Of a DNA stretch of 64,000 bases, positions 57,718-64,000 are shown piece by piece. The first letter of the stretch is position 1; every line of letters begins with the position of its first letter. Source of the stretch: an uncultured Actinomycetota bacterium (GTDB taxonomy: Bacteria > Actinomycetota > Geothermincolia > Geothermincolales > RBG-13-55-18). Below the pieces are notes generated by a model. It did no database searches, was not told where the DNA came from, and saw only the letters and a program-made list of their open reading frames with translations. The stretch lies in assembly GCA_964462595.1 (NCBI GenBank), contig CAYWXM010000058.1, positions 90 to 64,089 on the forward strand, in the 5' to 3' direction. Both the position numbers and the translations under genes were made by a program.

Positions 57718-59052
57718 ATGAACGTAGATATATTCGAAACAGCTTCCGTGCCAAGGGCAGTCGCCAAGATGGTTATCCCGAGCATCACGAGCATGCTGGT
57801 CCTGATCCTCTATAACATCGCTGATACTTTCTTCGTAGGCCAGACGGGTGACGCCAACCAGGTAGCCGCAATATCTTTGACGATCCCGGTTTTTATGCTG
57901 TTCATAGCGATAGGAAATATCTTCGGTATAGGCGGCAGTTCCGTAATATCAAGATCGATCGGCCGGAAGGATAAAGCAAGGGTAGCCCGCATCAGCAGCT
58001 TCTGCTTTTATGCTTCGATCGTCTCCGGCCTTATCATGATCGCATTGATCCTGGTGGGCATGGGCGCCATCCTGAGGATCATCGGCACGAACGAGAAGAC
58101 CGTTGGCTTCGCCAGGTCTTACCTTACCTATATCGCTATCGGCGCGCCGTTCATCGTCATACCGCCGACATTCGGCCACATAGTGAGAGGTGAAGGCGCT
58201 CCCAAGCAAGCCATGATCGGCATGATGGTAGGAACCATCGTCAACATCATCCTCGATCCAATAATGATCCTGGCCATGGATATGGGAGTTGCGGGCGCCG
58301 CGATCGCCACGGTCATCGGCAATGTCGTCGGGTTCCTGTACTTCGTATACTATCTTGTGGGAAAGAAGACCCTGCTGTCCATAAAAATGCGCTACGCGAG
58401 AATAAGCCGCCACGATGCGTTGGGTATTTTCGGCATCGGTATTCCCGCTTCATTGAACAACGTCTTGATGAGCACTGCTTTCATCCTCCTCAACAACGTC
58501 TTGAACGGATATGAGGACGGAGAGATATACATCGCGGCAATGGGTGTTGCCTTGAGGGCGGGTATATTCCTGATATTCACGCAGCTGGGTTTTGCCATGG
58601 GTATCCAAGCCCTGGTCGGCTACTGTTACGGCGCCAGAAACATGGAGCGCTTGAAGAAGATCGTGTGGTTCTCGTTCATTTGCACGACGGTGGTGGGAAT
58701 AATCGCCACCATCGTGTACGCATTGGCGGCGGACAACATCATCAAGGCGTTTATATCCGACGAAGCGGTGGTGGAAAACGGCGTGAAGATAATGCATGCT
58801 CTGATCGTTTCATATCCCGTAGTCGGCATTCTTTTTATTATCACCTTTTCGTTTCAGGCCATGGGCATTGTCGGCAGCTCATTATTGCTGAACGTTAGCA
58901 GGCAAGGTCTCGTTTTTATCCCCGCGCTGTATATCTTCAATGCGACCATAGGCCTCGATGGGGTCTACTATTCCCAGGCCGTTGCGGATTACGTTTCCGT
59001 ATTCATAGCCATCGTGTTGTTCGCACTAGCGATGAAAAAGGCCACCAGGTAA
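57718..59052 (+). CDS. MATE family efflux transporter (MepA-like)
   Basis: 12 TM helices, YNIADTFFVG, NIILDPI, GVAGAAIAT, RQGL. Confidence 0.93.
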   Translation: MNVDIFETASVPRAVAKMVIPSITSMLVLILYNIADTFFVGQTGDANQVAAISLTIPVFMLFIAIGNIFGIGGSSVISRSIGRKDKARVARISSFCFYASIVSGLIMIALILVGMGAILRIIGTNEKTVGFARSYLTYIAIGAPFIVIPPTFGHIVRGEGAPKQAMIGMMVGTIVNIILDPIMILAMDMGVAGAAIATVIGNVVGFLYFVYYLVGKKTLLSIKMRYARISRHDALGIFGIGIPASLNNVLMSTAFILLNNVLNGYEDGEIYIAAMGVALRAGIFLIFTQLGFAMGIQALVGYCYGARNMERLKKIVWFSFICTTVVGIIATIVYALAADNIIKAFISDEAVVENGVKIMHALIVSYPVVGILFIITFSFQAMGIVGSSLLLNVSRQGLVFIPALYIFNATIGLDGVYYSQAVADYVSVFIAIVLFALAMKKATR

Positions 59053-59207
59053 GCCTCACACAGGCGATAGCGCGCGGTCCAGGCCGGGAGCTACTGCGAC
59101 TTCTGCCATGAAGGATCGACGGCGGGCCGCTTCGCCCTCTTGAGGAAGATAAAGCCGGCCTCCATACTGTAGAAAGAAAAAACAGGCCCTATAGAAGGAG
59201 GGACGGG

Positions 59208-60428
59208 GTGGATATCAGGAACATCTTCGTGGCGGGCGCGGGATACATGGGAAACGGCATCGCCCAGGTCTCCGCCCTGGCGGGCTACAAGGTCGTCATT
59301 TGCGACGTGAGCGAGGGATGCCTCGCGTCGGGACTGGATGCCATCGGCAGCTCGCTGGGCAAGCTGCTTTCCAAGCAGAAGATAAGCGTTGAGCAACACG
59401 AGGCCGCCCTCGCCGCTATCACCACCACCTGCGACCTGGAAGAAGCCGCCGGGGCCGATATCGTGATCGAGGCCATACCGGAGAAGGCAGAACTCAAAAA
59501 GGAGCTCTTTTCGAAACTGGACGGCATATGCCCGCCCCATACCATAATCGGGACCAACACCTCGGCCATCCCCATATCGTCCATAGCCGCCGCCACCGCG
59601 CGGCCGGAAAAGGTGGTGGGCATCCATTTCTTCGGCCCCGTGCCCCTGATGCTGCTGGTTGAGATAATCAAGGGGGTGCTCACCTCGGACGAGACCGTGT
59701 CCGTCGCGGATGGGTGGGCGCGCAGCCTGGGCAAGGAGACGGTGCTGGTGCTCAAGGACCATGCCGGCTTTGTCGCCAACCGCGCCAGCATGCCCTCCAC
59801 CATCGAGGCCATACGCATGATAGACGAGGGAATAGCCACTCCCGAGGAGATCGACCGCGCCACCGGCGGCTACGATTTCGGGGTAGGCCCGCTGCAGATA
59901 ATCGATAACGCCGGCCTGGAGGTCGGTTTCAACGCGGCCATGGCCATCTTCGAGGACACCGGGGACCCCAAGTTCCTGCCCCCTCCCCTGCTGCGCCGCA
60001 TGGTGGCGGCCGGCCTGCTCGGCCGCAAGGCTGGAAAGGGCTTCTACGATTACTCGAGCGGAATGAGGGAAAGCTACCTTAACGCGGACAGGTTCGCGGG
60101 GGAATCCGATGCCGAGCGCGAGGCACGTCTCGCCGCCCTGCTGCCGCGATTCATAATGCCCAACCTCCTGGAGGCCGTACGCCTGCTGGAAGCCGGGATC
60201 TCAACGGTAGAGGACATCGACAAGGCTTACCGCCTGGGGTTCAACCTGCCCCAGGGATTCCTGGAGATCGCCGACAACCTCGGTCTGGACGTGGTGATGG
60301 ACTCGGCCACGGGATTCTACGAGGAAACCGGAGACGCCAAGTTCTTCCCTCCTCCCCTGCTGCGGCGCATGGTAGCGGCCGGCCTGCTCGGACGCAAGAG
60401 CAGCCGCGGATTCTATACCTATACCTAG
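59208..60428 (+). CDS. 3-hydroxyacyl-CoA dehydrogenase with duplicated C-terminal domain
   Basis: GAGYMGNGIA, NTSAI, HFF; two copies of TGD.KF.PPPLLRRMVAAGLLGRK...GFY.Y. Confidence 0.92.
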   Translation: MDIRNIFVAGAGYMGNGIAQVSALAGYKVVICDVSEGCLASGLDAIGSSLGKLLSKQKISVEQHEAALAAITTTCDLEEAAGADIVIEAIPEKAELKKELFSKLDGICPPHTIIGTNTSAIPISSIAAATARPEKVVGIHFFGPVPLMLLVEIIKGVLTSDETVSVADGWARSLGKETVLVLKDHAGFVANRASMPSTIEAIRMIDEGIATPEEIDRATGGYDFGVGPLQIIDNAGLEVGFNAAMAIFEDTGDPKFLPPPLLRRMVAAGLLGRKAGKGFYDYSSGMRESYLNADRFAGESDAEREARLAALLPRFIMPNLLEAVRLLEAGISTVEDIDKAYRLGFNLPQGFLEIADNLGLDVVMDSATGFYEETGDAKFFPPPLLRRMVAAGLLGRKSSRGFYTYT

Positions 60429-60710
60429 TCTCGAAAGCCCAGGCTGGAATCATCCGCTCGAGGCAGGAGTGGACGGGGTAAGAGGCCTGCCGCTCCCAGG
60501 TTTCGGGACCCATGCAGCCGGCATTCGCTTGAGGTCATGCGGTATATGTTTATAATTATTAAGTCCGTGCAACGGAAACGCGGATGGACGGGCCGGAAAA
60601 CAGTACTTTGGCCCGCGCCTTGAAGGCAATGCCCAGCATGTCAACGGGGCACCGGTATGACGCCCGAGCAGGAAGCGAGGAAAACTCGTAATAACAACAG
60701 GAGGGGAAAA

Positions 60711-62363
60711 ATGGAAAAAGTCTGGCTGAAGAACTACGATTACTTCGTTCCCGAGTCCATCCGCTACCCGCAGATACCACTGTACCAGCTGCTGGAGATG
60801 ACCTGTGTCAAGTACGACGAAAACGTGGCCACCATTTTCTTCGACCAGAAGCTGACCTACGGCGAGCTGCGCGATCACGTGCGGAGGTTGGCCGCCGCCC
60901 TCAAGGGCATGGGGGTGAAGAAAGGCGACCGCGTGGCCCTCATGCTCCCCAACTGCCCGCAGTTCATCATCTCCTATTATGGTGTGCTGGAAGCCGGCGG
61001 CGTGGTGGTGAACGTAAGCCCCCTTCACGTGGAGCGCGAGCTGGAATACGAGTTCAGCGACTCGGGAGCGGAAACCCTCATCTACCTCGACCTCTTCGAC
61101 GCGCGCATCCAGGCGGTGAAGGAGGCCAGCCCCCTGAAGCGCCTCATCGTCACCAGCATCACCGACTATATGGAGACGCCGGTCGATCCTTCAGCGGCGA
61201 AGGGGCCGGACACCTCGTGGTTCCGGGAGGTCATCGAGGGCGCCACCCCCGAGGTGCCCGACATAGGGATAGACCCGGAGGTGGACCTGGCCGCCCTGCA
61301 ATACACAGGGGGGACCACCGGCCTGCCTAAGGGGGTCATGCTAACCCACCGCAATCTCCTTGCCAACGCCATGCAATGCGCCCTGTGGGCCAAGGAGTTC
61401 AGCGAGCGAGGAAACGACGTCTATCTCGACGTCATCCCCTTCTTCCACTCCTACGGCCAGACGGTGGGCATGAACAACGCCATCTTCAACGCGGCGACCA
61501 TGGTCCTCATCCCGCAGTTCGAGATAAACATGCTGCTGCAGGCCATCAAGACATATAAGCCCAATTTCTTCCCCGGCGTTCCGACGCTATACGTGGCCAT
61601 CCTCAGCCACCCCGAGGCTCTTAATTTCGGGGTGGACAAGCTGAGGCTGTGCAACTCGGGCTCGGCTCCCATCCCGGTAGAGGTGATCAAGCAGTTCAGC
61701 CGCATTTCCGGGGGCATCTTCTGCGAGGGCTACGGGCTCTCCGAGGCCTCGCCGGTGACCCACTCCAACCCCATCATGGGCATGAAAAAAGTGGGCTCCA
61801 TCGGCGTGCCCTTCCCGGACACCGAGGCCAAGATCGTGGACGCGGAGACGGGCAAGCAGGAGTTGGGTCCCAACGAGCCAGGCGAACTCATCATCCGTGG
61901 GCCGCAGGTGATGAGCGGTTACTGGGAGAAGCCGGAGGAGACGGCAGCTACCTTGAAGGACGGCTGGCTCTACACCGGGGACATCGGTACCATGGACGAG
62001 GACGGCTACTTCTACATCGTGGACCGTAAGAAGGACATGATCATCGCCGGCGGTTTCAACATCTACCCCCGCGAGGTGGACGAGGTACTCTACGAGCATC
62101 CCAAGGTACAGGAGGCCGTCACCGTGGGTATACCGGACGAATACCGCGGCGAGACGGTGAAGGTTTATATCGTGCTCAAGGAGGGCATGGAGTGCACGGA
62201 GGAGGAGATCATCACCTACTGCCGCGAGCGCCTGGCCGCCTACAAGGCGCCGCGCATGGTGGAATTCCGGGCCGAGCTGCCCAAGACCATGGTGGGCAAG
62301 ATACTGCGCCGTTCGCTTCGCGAGGAGGAGATCGCCAAGCAGAAAGAGAAGGGCGAGGGTTAG
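60711..62363 (+). CDS. fadD: Long-chain-fatty-acid--CoA ligase
   Basis: QYTGGTTGLPKG, EGYGLSEASP, TGDIG, GKILRR. Confidence 0.93.
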   Translation: MEKVWLKNYDYFVPESIRYPQIPLYQLLEMTCVKYDENVATIFFDQKLTYGELRDHVRRLAAALKGMGVKKGDRVALMLPNCPQFIISYYGVLEAGGVVVNVSPLHVERELEYEFSDSGAETLIYLDLFDARIQAVKEASPLKRLIVTSITDYMETPVDPSAAKGPDTSWFREVIEGATPEVPDIGIDPEVDLAALQYTGGTTGLPKGVMLTHRNLLANAMQCALWAKEFSERGNDVYLDVIPFFHSYGQTVGMNNAIFNAATMVLIPQFEINMLLQAIKTYKPNFFPGVPTLYVAILSHPEALNFGVDKLRLCNSGSAPIPVEVIKQFSRISGGIFCEGYGLSEASPVTHSNPIMGMKKVGSIGVPFPDTEAKIVDAETGKQELGPNEPGELIIRGPQVMSGYWEKPEETAATLKDGWLYTGDIGTMDEDGYFYIVDRKKDMIIAGGFNIYPREVDEVLYEHPKVQEAVTVGIPDEYRGETVKVYIVLKEGMECTEEEIITYCRERLAAYKAPRMVEFRAELPKTMVGKILRRSLREEEIAKQKEKGEG

Positions 62364-62387
62364 ACAGCCACTCGCGAGTAATACGTC

Positions 62388-62416
62388 GGGGGCGCGGCAC
62401 ACCGCGCCCCCTTTCT
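62388..62416 (+). terminator. Rho-independent terminator
   Basis: GGGGGCGCGG-CACA-CCGCGCCCCC-TTTCT. Confidence 0.75.
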
Positions 62417-62479
62417 AATGCCTGAGTTGGCCGAGACCAGGACCCACGAGGGCTTCGGTGGAGGCGCATACGACGACAG

Positions 62480-62636
62480 GTCGGGAACCCCGGCGGAACA
62501 CGTGCACGCTGTCGTGGCGGCGGCGAAGCAGTTCGGCAGCTACCCTATCGCCAGCGACCTGGACAGACGGACCTTCATCGAGCCCGAGTTCTTACCTTTC
62601 GGGGAATGGATGAGAAAAGAATGCCTGCCCGTCTAG
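62480..62636 (+). pseudogene. Possible C-terminal remnant of a URO-D-family gene
   Basis: GTPAEHVHAVVAAAKQFGSYPI resembles the TPxENxxA terminal helix of URO-D/MtaA proteins; no upstream body. Confidence 0.4.
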
Positions 62637-62902
62637 GGCTCGGCAGGACGGACGTAGAGGCGGTACATGCGCTCGCCGGAAACCTCGAAGCACCTGGTAC
62701 AGCCCGGGTACGAGTCCGGGTCCAGCTCCTCGAGCAGGCACTCGAAGCCCAGCTCCCCGTACTCGCCCAGGACCCGCGCGAGGTGGTCGCCGGCGGAAAC
62801 CATGGTCTCCCTCCAGCCGCCCTCCTCTACCTCGGACGCATCGCGCATCAGGCGGCAATGCGGCGGGAAGTTCACCTGATCCCGTTCTTCGCCTTGCGGC
62901 AC
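62633..62902 (-). CDS. Small hypothetical protein with CxxC
   Basis: RBS GGAGG then GTG; EYGELGFECLLE...CTRCF...RLYVR. Confidence 0.6.
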   Translation of the reverse strand: MPQGEERDQVNFPPHCRLMRDASEVEEGGWRETMVSAGDHLARVLGEYGELGFECLLEELDPDSYPGCTRCFEVSGERMYRLYVRPAEP

Positions 62903-62941
62903 CTGTCCTCCTGTTTCTATCCCGGCTGTCGAGCGGGGCAC

Positions 62942-63787
62942 CTAGCGCTTGACCATGCGGTTGGCCTGGTTGGGGCAGACCCTGACGCACTGCCCGCATC
63001 CCTGGCAATCCAGCACCTCGACCTTGCCGTCTTTCAGTCTTCTCTCCTCGAAAGCGCATATGTCAACACAGGCCCCGCAACCTTCACACCTTTCCAGGTC
63101 GACGACGGAGCGATACACGGAGGGGATAAAATGATAGCCCGATCGCTTGTAGATCCTGTAAGCCCAGATGGGCAGGCAGGCGCACTTGCAGCAGTTGCAG
63201 ATCACGAAGTAGTTGGTGGTCCCGTGGTAGTACATGTGCCGGTCGAGCATGGGCACCAGCCCCAGCTCGTAGCTCTCCTCGACTATCCGCTTCGCCTCCT
63301 CCTTGCTGATGACGCGGTAATCGTTGGGGAAGAGGTCCAGCCATATCTGGGTGCCGGTCAGGATCACGATATCGGTCTCCAGGGGGTGATCGCAGGCGTG
63401 GGTCGCCAGCCTGCAGCGGCAAGGGCCTACCGCCAGGCGGCTTTCTTCGGGCAGTTCGTCTATGAATTCCAGCATCTCCTCGAGGGTCATAGCCTGGCCA
63501 GCTACCATGTGCTCGCCCGCGAACTTGGCCATGGCGTAGTAGAAGAACTTGTTTACCAGCGGTTTAGACATGAAGGGGCGGCGGATCAGCCAGTAGAAGA
63601 CGGCCAGCAGCCGGACCTCGAACCAGGCGTAATGCCTGAGCATGAACTTGCGCAGCCCGCTCTCCTCGGCGATGAAGGGGTCGCCCCAGTGCAAAGGCAA
63701 CGTCCGGCACAGCAGCTCCAGCATCAGCAGCGGCAGCAGCAGTTGCCCGCCGAGTTCCCTATCCCGGTCCCTGTTCTGAGAAGCCAT
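62942..63787 (-). CDS. 4Fe-4S ferredoxin-domain protein
   Basis: CRCR, ICNCCKCAC, CEGCGACVDIC, CQGCGQCVRVCP. Confidence 0.88.
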   Translation of the reverse strand: MASQNRDRDRELGGQLLLPLLMLELLCRTLPLHWGDPFIAEESGLRKFMLRHYAWFEVRLLAVFYWLIRRPFMSKPLVNKFFYYAMAKFAGEHMVAGQAMTLEEMLEFIDELPEESRLAVGPCRCRLATHACDHPLETDIVILTGTQIWLDLFPNDYRVISKEEAKRIVEESYELGLVPMLDRHMYYHGTTNYFVICNCCKCACLPIWAYRIYKRSGYHFIPSVYRSVVDLERCEGCGACVDICAFEERRLKDGKVEVLDCQGCGQCVRVCPNQANRMVKR

Positions 63788-64000
63788 CTTTACCTCCAGA
63801 GAACGATCTTCATGACGGCCGACGCTACTATTCTAACAACCCATGCATCCCGGGTCATTGAGGGATTGCGTACGAGCTGGCCTAACGGATGGACACCGCT
63901 GCCAGCCTCGATGCGGATGATATAATACGCGAGGGTATATCCCGGCAGCACCCGCAACACCCGACAAAGGGCACTTCCCGCAATTGTGCAGCGGATTTAC

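Overview
High-GC chromosomal window, most likely from an anaerobic deep-branching actinobacterium. The Ca. Geothermincolia/Solincola-like assignment is an inference from the recurring 'YFAEGxT...AERxMYF' surface domains and the gene content. Bases 1-4689 are the right part of a small phage-satellite-like integrative element. It encodes a tyrosine integrase running off the left edge, two Xis-like HTH proteins, a DUF3631 P-loop protein with iteron-like repeats, a stand-alone CHC2 zinc-finger protein, a TerS-like HTH protein and an XRE regulator, and it carries a dif-like XerCD site. It is inserted at the anticodon loop of tRNA-Val(TAC), leaving an unrestored 5' half under the host promoter. The rest is host chromosome: a TPR/ABC operon; an ADP-forming acyl-CoA ligase; an antiporter; a Crp/Fnr regulator with two FNR-type boxes; an Fe-S/sulfur-relay cluster whose IscS lacks the PLP lysine (with IscU, Zn-ribbon, DsrE, TusA, rubrerythrin); three secreted enzymes sharing a C-terminal repeat domain; tandem GYD genes separated by a MITE-like element; rfbA/C/B; RNase D; three TetR regulators; a LiuR-type regulon; a GK5-like glycerol kinase; and a large anaerobic lipid-catabolic region (SCP2, Fe-ADH, AOR, DUF35/Ltp4/Ltp3/DUF35, acyl-CoA ligases, 3-hydroxyacyl-CoA dehydrogenase). 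All calls come from reading motifs by eye; no database searches were run.
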